A stretch of DNA of 55,177 bases, counting the filler, from Sphacelaria rigidula (taxonomy: Eukaryota): assembly GCA_964200075.2 (NCBI GenBank). It is 3 parts of 3 records of this genome, joined end to end, with 100 filler letters (N's around TTAATTAATTAA, not from the genome) between each part and the next. Parts side by side here need not be neighbours in the genome. Positions count along the whole stretch, not along the records: positions 36,853 to 55,177 come from CAXNAA020000876.1; 2 more parts are not named here. The stretch is one strand, 5' to 3'. How positions within the stretch are numbered: position 1 is the stretch's first letter; each line of letters starts with the position of its first letter. The translations under genes were made by a program, and so were the position numbers. Positions 37,579-50,000 of this stretch are shown in pieces. The notes under the pieces were generated by a model, which was not told the DNA's origin, ran no database searches, and saw only the letters and a program-made list of their open reading frames with translations.

Positions 37579-38095
37579 GTGCTAGCGCCGGTAGATTCAT
37601 GGGGAAAGCGCAGGCCGCGCTCAAACTACAGTGCCCAAATTGTTGCTTTTTGGGCGATACGGACTAGATACCCCGTTCATCAGGAGGGTGTCATTGACCG
37701 TTTTTGATCCAATTAAAACAGTTTTATGGCTCTTCCGCAACGAAACGGTAAATATTCAGATGAATAAATACCTACACAATTCTTCACAAAACCGATGGAG
37801 ATCGTGTTTCCTTCCTACACTGCACAGACCTCAGTCAAGCATATCCGCGGATGGCCTTTTTTTGTAGTTTTTTCGCATAACACTTTCCCTAAGCACTCCA
37901 AAGTGCTAGCGTCTATAGTTTCGGCAAAATAAGTAGACCGTACTCAAATCACAATACCCAAGTTGGTGTTGTGGGGGCGATACGGAGTAAAGACCCCGTT
38001 TATCAGGAGGGTGTTATTGACCGGCAATGGTCCAAGAAACATAGTTTTCCGGCTCTAGCGCAGTGAAAAGGTGGAATTTCAAAAAAATAATAATT
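37579..38095. repeat. Diverged tandem duplication, period ~324 bp
   Basis: GTGCTAGCG at ~37580 and ~37903. GGGCGATACGGA...ACCCCGTTYATCAGGAGGGTGTYATTGACCG at ~37652 and ~37975. Confidence 0.8.
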
Positions 38096-39189
38096 TTGAG
38101 TCTTCTCTTATATGATCGAGATCGAGTCGGTCCACCAAAAGTACCTGAAAGCTAGAACCTGGGGTTGCACTTTCGCGGGACCCCCGAAGATCGGTCACAC
38201 CCGTAAGTCACTCTATATTGATCGTCGATATTTTTTCTTTCAATGTTCGTCAAGAGGATGGAAGTATCTTCAGATGCCCACATCTTGGCATCCAACAGTT
38301 ACTGTTATGAGCGGTGGCAAGCAAAACAAATTGGGAAAATCTTCGAGGAACTAATAAACTACGAATTCTGCATACTTCTGACGCTGACTACTGTACATGG
38401 CATCTTGGCTACGCATAGCAACTTGACTTGTCTCTGTGACTGGTATGGGTGTCGAGGTATCGTCATCTGGGTGGGCGGTGTTGTTAAAACATGTGGGATA
38501 CGGCGTACAATCGCACCAGGTCATTGGTTGTATCCAAAATGAGCAGGCGGTATTTGCGCCGCGTTCAGATTGTCTTTATACTTGAAGATATCTTCTCCGG
38601 TAGACATACATGCAAACATCAACGTCGCTCGGCGGTAGGAAAGACGTTACAAATTTGTGGATGCCGTTGTCGTTGGGGTGGCGCGTGAAGCGTGCTTGGG
38701 GGACCGCCCCGCATGGTATAAAGCGCGCGCGCACACACACACACGTACTGCCGACTCTTGTGTCGGCAGCGATAACCTAATCTCGCAGCATCAGAATGGT
38801 GATACTACGGAAATGACACCGATGTGTGATTTCGAGGACAGGTGGTCGCCTCAACCGTCCGGTTCGGTGCAGATGGTTTATCATGAAGATGTCGAAGAGA
38901 GGGCGGTGAAGGACATTACCGGACGTTTTTTCCAACGTTCAGCGCATCGGTCGTACCAACGATGCCCGGCAGTTCGTTCGCTGTCAAACCACCAGTTTTA
39001 CACTTCTGCACCGAAGGGCGCACCGAACCATGAACAAATCACCATCATCATGTACACTGGGCACGGTTGTTTACTACCTCCTCGACAAGACAATCTTGAA
39101 TAGTACAGATCTATGCGTGCAATTCATCCACAGAAACGATGTCTCCAAAGTTCCCAACAGGCTTAATCAAAGCGCGAAATCATCACCAC

Positions 39190-42100
39190 GGTCGTTCCCC
39201 GCTTGCAAGGCCGAGTCCTCATTCTCCGACGTGCTGCATTCGGGGAACTAATTAATTATTTCATCTCCAATCCAGATCCTGGCTGAATACTTCGACCCGC
39301 GGCCGATCGGCCTAACTGCGAAATATTTGCGAGTGATCGCATCTGTTCCCGGATCCAATCCCTCTGCCACTACCCTGCCACACTCGCGCAGGCACACCTC
39401 CATATGAGCAGCTGCCTCCAACGCGTTGCTCGATCCCTTGACCTCGCCGTTTCCATTTTTCACCGTGGATCCGCCCCTGCCATAGTGAGATCGGCTGCGT
39501 GCTCTGCTATTTCCGCTGGCGACACTGCCAGTGGGAGTCGCGCCGGTCGTTCGCGAAGGTGTCGGGGGTAAGAAGCAATCGACCCTGTCCCACACGGTCA
39601 CCCCCCCATCACTTCGGCAAGATGAGCCCGCGCGGCCGCCCCTGACAGACCTCTGTCATCGATAAGTCCATTCGCTGCAGTTGCCGCCACCGGTGGCACC
39701 CCCGCTCCCCTCCCCCCGCAGGCTCGTCCATACTATTACCATATTCGACTGCCTGCTGCCGACGCGGCCGCCGTAGACATCCCAGTGGGTCTTGCCACCC
39801 CATCGCGCACGACTCCTGCACCGGCAGCCTTTCTCTCCCCACTCCGCCCGCTTGTAAGCGCTGCGGCACAGAATCCTTACTGACAATACCCACGCAGCGT
39901 GCCGTGGCCGCCACAAATCTACGCCCGCCGGCTGCTGTCATCGCAGCCTTTTCCCCTGCTCCCGCCCAACGTGTCCTCCTACTCCTGCCACAGCCGTTGG
40001 CGTGTAGCCGCTCCGGACAATCGGTATTTTGGCCCCGTGCGTAACGATCAAGGGTTCATGTACATTGTTGTCAAGTAGTATTCGCTTGGAAGTACAGGTG
40101 GCCAGGTATTTCCGCATATGCTTGTTGTTTTCCCGAAGCAAGCTCTGGAAGCCTGGCCCTTGAGGAACACCTTGATGTCGTATAAAACGTTGTGTCGCAG
40201 TTTTGTAGCTCACCCGCTCTACCTCGTTGTTCATGTACCTTGATAATTCCCATGGGCTCAGAGTCCTTGTATGCAAGTACGAACATCTCGGTCCCGGCCT
40301 CTGTCCACTCAGTACGCGCCTTTGCCGCATGTTTGGTTTCGGCTGCTGGATACCTGCCCTCTGAAACGGTGTGGGGAGGTTCATTGTTCGCCTTCACGGC
40401 ATAGTGCACGTTATGACCTGCGCTACGTAGTATGGATCTTGGTGCTTTGCATTGGGACAGGCAGATAATTTCCGCTGCACGGCAAGACTGCTGATGTAGC
40501 GTCGTAAACCTGAGCAGGCAATACGGTGGGACCGGTTCAAACTCGCAAAGGGGCGCCATGAGGTCAAGTTGAACGCACGTCAGGGGGAAATTCATCGATC
40601 AGTCTGCCCTTTCGGAAAACTCATTGTGAAAACATGCGAAAATGTTCAACATCAGTACACCAATGAATTTAATATTTCAGCAACGACAGACAGAGGCAGG
40701 CTGTCAGTCGCCTGTAGGTGAGGGGGCGCGGGTGGGTAATGCTCGGACCCAGCGTTGTCGCCGCCATTCCACGGATCGGCAACCGATATCCCTCTCACCT
40801 CCATCGGAAGTCAGGATGCTGGACAGGATGGACACTCCGAGCTTGAGATGTTTCCTTTCCTTCTCCTGGCAAATATTGGGCACCCCCCACAATCCCTCGC
40901 AAAGCGGTCAGCTGATGCGGAGTGTGCATGGTACTATTCTTGGTGTTTGACTTCAACCCCAAGTTCCTGCGTTGACTCGTCGTTGGTTTGGTCATGTTCT
41001 GGGGCGAGATCGTGTATACTTTCTGCTCTGTTGCGCCTTTCTTCGTCTTATCGCCTAACACGTAGCAAGCCATGTTATCGTCCAGCTTATGCTGTGACAT
41101 GTCGGAGCACGACAGAGTGGCCATCTCCTGCGGACCGCTGACTACTCGCCCGCCCAGCATATCCAGGACCTCACTGCCGGCCGGTGTAAGGGCGGGAGTA
41201 CTTCGTAGCATCTGATACACCTGGGTCGCGTGAGGTTGGTGCTCGACTAACAGCTCTCTTGCAGTGTTCCACGTGGTACCCTCCCCCCAAACCATTCTCG
41301 TCTTCGCATCCCCTCCCGCCATCTCTCGGAGAGATGGCGGGTGTACTCATGTGCAATGGCCTCATGACTATGGCATGCATGATCATGAGTACACCCGCCA
41401 TATCTCGGCATTTGGCAAGAGGAGCAATCTTCTCCGGCGGAGTGGGGTCTTTTTGTTGATGACTGCTTGGGGAGAACCTGTTGACCATTTCATTCCGCTC
41501 CTCAAGCCCCACCTTTGCTCAATTCTATTATCGCGTAACGACGCGGGAATAGCTGGTTTACGGCCTTCAAGTCCGATTCCACGAGCTGTGCCATATGCAT
41601 CAAGTGGAGAAAGACCAGCCACCGTTAATGGTTCATCCCTGTCACATAGGATATGGCTTCCGTGCGATGAAGGCCTGCCAGTCGAAGCAGGGAGTTACCC
41701 GTGCGTAGGCCCACCCGAGACACCATATACGCAGGCTAGTACTGCAAGACGAAGTTCTTCCACACTCGGAAGCTCTTGTTGTGACTTTCCGCCTGCGCCC
41801 GAACCAACGCCCACATGGAGAGGATACCCGCTCTCCTGGCATGCACCTTCACCTCGTTGATGACGTCGCGGAACTCTTGTGCCAGCTGCCCCAGGGTTTA
41901 GTCCGGGGGCTCAGGGTTGTCATTGTGTCCGCCACGTCGTCGCCCAGCCGGCGCCGCTGGTGCGGCGCCGGGTGGCGCTGTGGCGGGTGACCCCATGCTG
42001 ACGGCGGCCGGCGCTCTGTCGGCTGGGCCGCCTGCCCCTTGGACACCGACAGCGGCCACTGGGGCTTTTCCGCTGTTCGCATTGAGTGGGAGCAGTCCTC

Positions 42101-42215
42101 GTCTGCATTCGCGGAAATCTACCAGCTCCCCACAGGCGTGGAAGACGCAGAACATCGGCTTCCTTACCCGCGATACCGGGCAGCGGCGCGGAGGCAACGA
42201 TGTTCTTCACACTGC
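39190..42215 (-). pseudogene. Degenerate long coding relic, probably a transposon-derived protein (CxFH motif, SANT/Myb-like segment, C-terminal AP2-like motif)
   Basis: A chain of GC-rich minus-strand ORF fragments. Removing a 79-bp insert at 41315-41393 joins two ORFs in frame. Motifs MFCVFHA, VRAQAESHNKSF, WTEAGTEMF..WELSRYMN..VSYKT and KYFAVRP..SKYSARIWI. Confidence 0.45.
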
Positions 42216-43013
42216 TATTTCGACGTGAAATGCGAGAGTCTCCTGTGCTATGGAAGTTATTCAAACAAAAACGATGTGCATGGGATTTACATCTCAGGAA
42301 AAATTCACTGCCAAAGGTCCGACGGGGTTTGATCAACATGTCAATAAAACAAGGCGACAAAGGCTAGGCAAGCTTGAGAATACCGGTACGTCGGAGCGTG
42401 CTTGACTGAGTTTGATTCCACCGTGTCTTGTGTTTTCTACAGGTGGTGATCAACGTGACCTTATCGCCGGCGCAACACTGCATACACGCTTCTGTTGCCT
42501 TTTGAATGTTTCTTAGTATCTCACCCACTGAGAGATATTGTGCGTATATTCGTCTCACATACCATCAGTGTCGCGTTCACAATGTCGTGGCGCGTCGTTC
42601 TATATATACGTATATATACACACATATGTTATTTATACTCTCAATCCCTTCCCTTCCTCGGGACAAGTCTGTTCTCCCAAGGGATCAATCCATCTCTCTC
42701 TCTGTATACGCCCCACTCCTTAGTATTGCGGATTGGATCATGACCACGAGCATGTCGACTCTCAACAGTTTTTTTCGCCGTTCACGCCCTCACGTACCAT
42801 ACGATACGAATCGGAAGCTCTCTACAACAAGCCAAAGCAATCGCATCAACCCCACCAGCCCTACGGAGATTGTGACCCTCAATTCTCCGCCCTGACAGGT
42901 TTCAGCTTGAAACACTAAGGGTCGTCATCAACCCCTTGACCCCCAACATGGGTCATCCTTCGAATCGGCATCAACTTCACTGGAAAAAGTAATCCGTGGC
43001 ACAGATGGCGATG

Positions 43014-43510
43014 ACGTGCCCGGGGGGTGTGCTCATGATCTTGCATGCCGTAGCCATAAAACCGTTTATATCGCATCGCCACAAAGCCGGGACGGAGCAT
43101 GCCGGATTCTCGCCGGACCAGCGTCGCACGTGTCCGGGGCGCGGGGAGCGCGGGGGGCATGCGCCAGCCGGTCACCCCGATGGCTCAGTTGGTACTCTCG
43201 ACTCCTTTTGACGATTGGGACGTGGATTCAAATCTCGGTGAAGTCACACGATCTGGAATTTTTTCTCAGACCATACCCAACTCTGGATAGCGAGTTTGTC
43301 GTCGGTAGAATAGGTCCGAACAATATTAACAGCATGCAGCTCACTCTTGATGCGATTCGCCGAACACATCACGGCGCTTCGCTCTTGGTGACTGCGAGCC
43401 TCGTCCGGCGAAAACCCGGCGTTCTCCGTCCCGGCTTTGTAGGGATGCGAGATCAATCGTCTCATGACTACGGCATGCGAGATCATGACGGTCCTTTCCC
43501 CCCGGCACGT
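43014..43510. repeat. Two family R1 copies in inverted orientation enclosing a tRNA-like segment
   Basis: R1(+) 43022-43122 and R1(-) 43333-43503. The outer flank ACGTGCC is also inverted-duplicated. Confidence 0.8.
43171..43245 (+). repeat. tRNA-derived (SINE head-like) sequence
   Basis: A-box TGGCTCAGTTGG (43181-43192) and B-box-like GGATTCAAATCTC (43224-43236). Confidence 0.55.
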
Positions 43511-44084
43511 ACATAAATTCTTGAACCCTCGTGGCTACTCCCCACTTCTTCGCTATCTTGTATTTGCGTGCAGCCTGGGCGGCGACCAAGACAAGCGTTC
43601 GTGCCGGTGGTGCCTAGGGAGGAGAACATCGAAGGAGTTTTCACCACGTATGTGTTGCCGGATGCTTACGATGAGCGTCAGGGGGACGCTCTCAAGGGAC
43701 TTTATGTCATGTTCCACGGCTGCCACCACGGCCCTCGTGACTGGTGAGCGCTGCATGCTAAATGGAGTATGACATGGGGTGTTTAATGATAACCTCAGTA
43801 ATGTTGTGAGAGCCGTGCATTCTCCCATGGATTCGTCGACACTGCCCAATATCTTTGTTTCTAGGTGGGAAAACATGCCTCAGAAATCTGTCTTCAGCTT
43901 AGACATGAACGTGAGTAACTGCATTCTTCCGTATATACATATTTCTCTCTGTTCCTTCATTTTTTCAGCGAGTGTTTCAGTTTTGTGTCTCTTGGGCACG
44001 TCTATCAGGAGACCACGGCTGGATCATGACCCCTGGGGGGTCAGTTAAAATGCGACAATCAATCAATCAAATCAATCAGTAGAG

Positions 44085-47000
44085 ATGTCGACGCTCGCGG
44101 GAAGGACAGCGAGGCAGGGGGTATCACGTCCAGTCCATCATGCAGTTGTGTGTTCTGCACGGGATGTACGAAAGTGGACTCGCCAAGTTTTGCAGGCCGT
44201 GGCGACTTTCGGAGGGAAAGCTCTGCACACGTCCATTCTTCTGTTGGTACCGGGGGGGTACTAGGTGCCAGAGATGGGTGAGTGTATAGATTTACTCTTG
44301 ACTTGAATGCGGTGATGGCGGATCTGAGCGGTTGAACTTAGGTGCTAGCCCAAGGATAATATTACGTTTTGTTGCATACAGGTTTGACCTCCCGGAGGAG
44401 CGGGCGATCGTAAAGCATCTCTATGATCGAGACTACGCGATCGTAGCACCATCTAGCCGGAATAAGGCAACTGGGTGAGTGGATACATCGAATTAAGTGC
44501 AGCAACGACGTCACTTGTTGTCTTGACTGCGTAGCCACGAGAGACATTGGATATTGCACCTGCAGGCGCACTGATGCGCACGTGCTCGGATGTATTCCTA
44601 GACGTCGTAGTTCACAAGCTTTGAAAGGTTAGAAGGTGGCGACACCATAATATCCCCCTGGATCAATGGCTCATCTGTCACTGCTTTTGTTTCACGTTCT
44701 GCTTCCAGGGCCTCTTGCCTTGTTTTGTTTTGTGTTTGGGTGCATGCGCCCAAAGCGTAGCACCTTCTTCACCTGAAGCCATGCTGCAGGGGCTGGCCAT
44801 TTATAGATCTCAATCATTTTATAATTTTATCATAACTTGTTTTCCTTTTCTTTTCTTGTCCTTACCTTTCCTCACCTCTTCCCTCTTTTTCTCACGATCC
44901 TCCGTCTTTGTTTCCCTTTCATTTTTCTCTTTTTTGGCGAGTCTTTCCCTTTTGATTACCCTGCGTACGACCATGTTATTGATAATGACCGTAATGACCA
45001 CGACTATACCCCTCAAGAATCAGGTAATGTGCGGCAATGAATCAAATAGGATCAAATCACGTTCTCCTCTCGACCTTTTACCACCCCCTCCCCTTAGTGA
45101 GCGCCGGAATGTTGGAGGTGTCTCTATTGGGAGTAGGAACAGTGCTCCGCATCATACGGGATGCGCGGTCAATGGTCAAACGACTAGGGCGAGCATGAAA
45201 TGAGTACCCCGCCCCGCGACGGACGATACTGTCGTCTCGAGGGGTCACCCCATCCCTTCCCCGGCCCGTGCCTGACGAGTTGTTATCAATGTCTGAGTCA
45301 GCACTTCTGCAACTCGTCCAAGGTCGTAGGGTTTGTGGAACTGTAACTCACGTCTCTATGCTTGTTAACCGAAACCACTGAAACAGTCGATCACCGCCAT
45401 CACCGCCGGGATACGAACCCACCATCACTACTTCTACTAATCCGCCCAAACTGGCGGTAGAATTGAATGTCTGCGATGTGTACGATGATTAGTTCGGCTC
45501 TGACCTGATGCACGAAATCTCTCGCACGCAAAATCGTTCGTCAGGAATCATCTCGCGAGCTATTATCGGTAGCTAGCGTTGTCGCCATGGCGTGTTCGGA
45601 AATTCTATTTACATTTGCACCTCTGCTCCGTGAGGAGAGGGGCTATCTCACAAGCCCCATCGAAGGTGGCATGGCAAATATCATGCGTAGCAAACGGGTG
45701 TGGTCATGTACGGCGGAACGTCGGGTACGTGGTCATGGATGATCATGCGTATACCGTCCGTGCTCTCAGTTCTCGTAGCTATACACCATGACCACCCGGG
45801 TTGGCCGAGCAATTGATTGTCCGTTCAAGATTTTCATGCGTTGGTGCGATGGGCTACTTTTATTGCAACGCTCGCTTGCTGCAGGTGTTGGAATGTGGCG
45901 AAGGGGGGGCCCGACATGACGGCTGTGCGGAAGATGCTGTGGAAATTTTACAGAGATTGGTGAGGCGTTTTGGTGTCCATATATTCCAGTTTCGTTTTTG
46001 CAACTGCGCCCCCAAGTCTCTCGAAGTATCTTCACGGATTTCTTGAAGTTTTTGGGAGTTGGGAAGCGAGGTTCAACTCTCAAGTCAAGTCTGACGCTGT
46101 GGACGGGGAAAGGCCGGTGCTTGTCTATTATTATAGTTGACAGTCATGCCATCTCAACACTTGATTTTGTTTTGCGGGGGAGGGAACTTGGACTTTTCGT
46201 CACTGCAGGTTTGATTCGGTCTGATTCTCGCATTGGTTTCCGGGGGAGGGGGTGTACGGTTTCGGCGCGCGTGAAATGTGTCAGTAGTATTAGATATACG
46301 CTTTGTTTGCCTTGGTTTTACCCCGGCAGCCACTCGCAATGTGCGCTGTTTTTTGCGCGCATGTCACCGCGTCACCGTGTAATCACGCCCTTCTGTGCTC
46401 GGTTTGTCCCGTACACGAGCAGGTCAATACCACCCGAGACGCCTTTGTTCTTGTTCGGCGCCAGCTCTGGTGGTGTGATGGCCACTGCGTTGGGCAACGA
46501 CGGTGGCTTCCAGTTGTGCGAAAAACGCACCACGTACATCGAGGTTGCGGGAATAATATCTCAGGTGTGTGCTCTTGATTTTTTTCATTATTTTATTTAC
46601 TTTCAATCGTCGCACTTTGAACCCCTCCCCTTCGTCGGGACGAGTCCGTGGTCTCAAGGGATCAACCATCTCTGCCCTGGTGCACGCCTTGCATTTTGGT
46701 CTCGCGGATTGGGTCATGACCATCACCACTCCCGCACTGCGTCTATCCAAGGTTTGTCGCCATGTCCACATGTGACATTTTTTTTTTGGAGCACCGTTCC
46801 TCGTGCTGGGGGGGAGGGGAGGTCCTTTACTGCCAACAAAAAAAAAAAGTTGATGCATTGGACATCCGTACTTATGCTGCGCCGTGGATACTGGCGCTCA
46901 GACGCTGAGAGCCAGCTGCCTCCACGAGAACACATTTTTTGTTCCCGGTTTCTCTTTCCTCGGGTTCGTTTATTTTTTGAGCATGGCTTGAGTCATCGCA

Positions 47001-50000
47001 GATCAGTTAGTGTGCGGCCAGTTATCAACCACTTAGTCTGCCCCTGCCCCTGTCATGGACCAGACCGATACATGGTCATACGGTGTATAGCTTGGTTCGG
47101 TTTCGTGCGTTGGAATTCCGACAGCAACGTAGCTGTGGTGGTTCCCGTTGTTGTCCGAAAACATGAGTATGGGAGTTGATAAGTCATTCGATCGAAGCAA
47201 TAGTGGGCGGGAGTGCGGATGCAATGCCTCATGGTGAGATTGGGAAGCAAGTGATGGGTGAAGGTAGGTTGATCTCGGCTAATGAGCGAAGGGCTCGTTC
47301 CGAGGTTAGGAGAGGGAGGGGGAGCTGAAAAGTAGAAACAAAGTAAATGAAGAGGTGCATACGCCTTGGCACTTGAACGGTAAATACTGTAGCAAGAGTA
47401 CGCTCGGCACTGTTGCTGTTTCGCCCACCGTGTGGTGTTGGGTCGGATGTTCATTTTCGATTCTCGCTCCCAGGTTTCGTGGGGAATAGATCCTGGACGA
47501 TTCGGAGGCGGCCTATCCCCGATCGCGTTTATGCCAATGGAAAAGGTGAGACGCGTTCATGTGCGGAATCGTCTGGTCGGTTTAAACCGGTTCGGTATAT
47601 GTGTGCGTTAGAACCGGTTCGGTATATGTGTGCGTTAGAACCGGTTCGGTACTAGTGTCACGACTGTTTGCACTTCGACGCATTTCAGTATGTGATGCGC
47701 CGCGCGGCAACATGTTGTTTTGCTGCGGTGACGGGCTTCGTTCTTTTTGCAGTTCTTTTTCCATTCTTTCGTTTAGTCCGTTTTGCGCTCGGATTTTTTT
47801 CAATTGAGTGTTGACGTTGAATCTACGTTGGGGACGTCTCTCGTGTGGCCAAGGCTGGATTTGCGGCGGCCTATCATTCTGAGGGTAGACAACTGGTCAA
47901 TGCCCTGACCGTTGTTGAAAGATGTCGGGACGGAACCTCACACGCCGGCTCCGCGCTCGGCTTGCGCAGGTTCCGCCGCAATTCACGCCCCAATCGCATT
48001 GCACCGCATGACATTGTGCTGGCTGCAAACCAAGATTCCACACGTCGGACAGCTCATGAGATACCTTGAACAAATATTGGAAAATGACTATCCTGTTAGA
48101 TCCGTTGTCCGAGAATATAAAATACGCGACAGCAGGGTCTCAGAAGCCAAAGCGCCACCTTTGCGCTACTCTGCCTGCTCGGTGTCCGTCGCTGTACGGA
48201 GAAGATGTGTAAAATGAGAAGGGGGCGAATGAGCTTGCTCATGATCCGGATCAGTACGCTAGTGAGAAGAGTACTGTTCGGGTAGCTCATGAACTGTCCG
48301 ACGTGTGCAATGTTCCGATCTGATGGCCCCGCACTGGATCGTTGCACCGCATCATACCGCAGGGCGAGGATAACAGCCCGATGAGGAGAAACGCCCCGCC
48401 GGTATTCGGAACATCGGCGAACGTTCCACCGCATATAGTGGCCATCGCGCACGCCGTTCGAAAGAAGGGCGGAAAGCCTCGCATGCTCCACTTGCCGCTG
48501 GGAGAGATAGCGCTCTATGACAACTTCTTCTCCGATAGGGTTTACGAGGTTAGTGACCGCCCGCCGCCCCTGCTGCTATTTGTTGCTGTTTTGCTATGAT
48601 AATATTATTCTTCCGCTTTATGGACCTCATGTACATTTTTTTTTCATACTTTTCATCCATTTTCATCCATATTTTATCATAACATGGATGGAAATGGAAG
48701 AAAGATGAAACCCGTCAAGCAGGGTCCTTGTAAAAACATCAGAAACTGTCGATATGGTTTCACTCCGTTTTGTAATTTTGTGTCGTGATACATTGCTGCT
48801 GTTGCTGTTGCTGCTGCTACTGTTGCTATCGGTTCGCTGGTTGTACAGTTACGGCTGTGTTGTTTTCGAAAACATACTCTGAAACCACAGTCTCCTTGAT
48901 ATCTTTTCGTAACCCTCGACAAACAGTTGTCAGAAGACGACTCCATCCGACTGTACTCGGCGCTCAGGGCAGCACGGGTGCTGGATTGTTCTCCAGGTGA
49001 GCCATCACTTTTCTGGCATCACTTGCACAACGATCGCTTCGATCTGTACATATATCTGTAGTATGCAGTGCCTTCCTCGAGCTGCCTTCCTCGTGGATTA
49101 CCTGATGTGTCGTGTGCGAGAAGCAATTCAACGGTGACCGTCGGCACGATCAACTCAAAAGCTATTATTGCTTGTACTGTAGCGAGAACTAGAACTCCGA
49201 CGAATGTAGTTGGTCGTTCGTAGCTTTGGCGCCCAAACGCTGAAACGTGGCTCAACACATTCTCCTGTGCGTATCTTTTACTCATCTTGTGGCAGTCGGT
49301 ACATGCATGTGCTCCCGTAGGTTCCCACGGGTCGTGACGTACGTACATGCGCGGCCGGCATCTTGACGTGGGAAAAGTCATGGACATAAAAACATCGCCT
49401 CATACCTGTCTTGCCCTACCTTTGGATATATACAGCACTGCTGTCATGTAAAAACCGCTACTTTGCTAGAGTTTTGATATCCCCGAGAGTGGACCTTCCC
49501 GAAGGATCTCTGAGGCGAGGCGTATTTTTTTTCATGCTATTCAAACCCTTTTGGTACTGGCAATAGAAAAGTGCTGATTTCGAGGTGCTGTTTTTTTAAA
49601 AAGGAGGATGGAAGCTGCTGCTCGTGTTATTGTTGTGCCCTTCTTGTTGCAGTTTGTTGTTGTGCTTATCTTTCAACGCTACTTTCTCGGCAAGGACGCA
49701 AAGGATTGGACTGCGGTTTGATGCGTGCGCTTCCCACACACCAGAACTAATGAATTTGACTAGAGGTTTCGTACGCGTGCCGCGGAGGACGCGGCACTTT
49801 GCAAACCGCTGAACCAAACACCAGATGTACTCCAAAACGCGTTTCCTGCAACGTTCTGGGGCTTTTCGAATCCGCTGTGGCGATTTAGCAACTCCGCTTG
49901 TCAAACTCACTACGTCTAGTGTGTGTGTAGGGGGCTGTGAAGTTCCAGAGACCGGTTTGCTTCCTGTCTCGAGACAGTAGCGATGGAAAATTTACAACTG

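Noticed and set aside
37660..37690. Hammerhead core (minus-strand CTGATGA-ACGG...CCGT)
   Set aside because: No GAAA after the stem, and the duplicate copy has CTGATAA.
38657..39103. 5' exon of the hydrolase (IMYTGHGC resembles the HGC motif)
   Set aside because: No suitable donor in phase, the ORF stops 10 codons later, and the 44085-44277 segment aligns better to exon 2.
29131..45456. Functional tRNA genes at 29131, 43171 and ~45410
   Set aside because: A/B boxes are present but acceptor and anticodon stems are not intact. Treated as SINE-like relics.
45998..47179. 393-aa ORF as a standalone gene
   Set aside because: Only 46423-46564 is a true exon (GASSGG). The rest is intron plus an R2 repeat.
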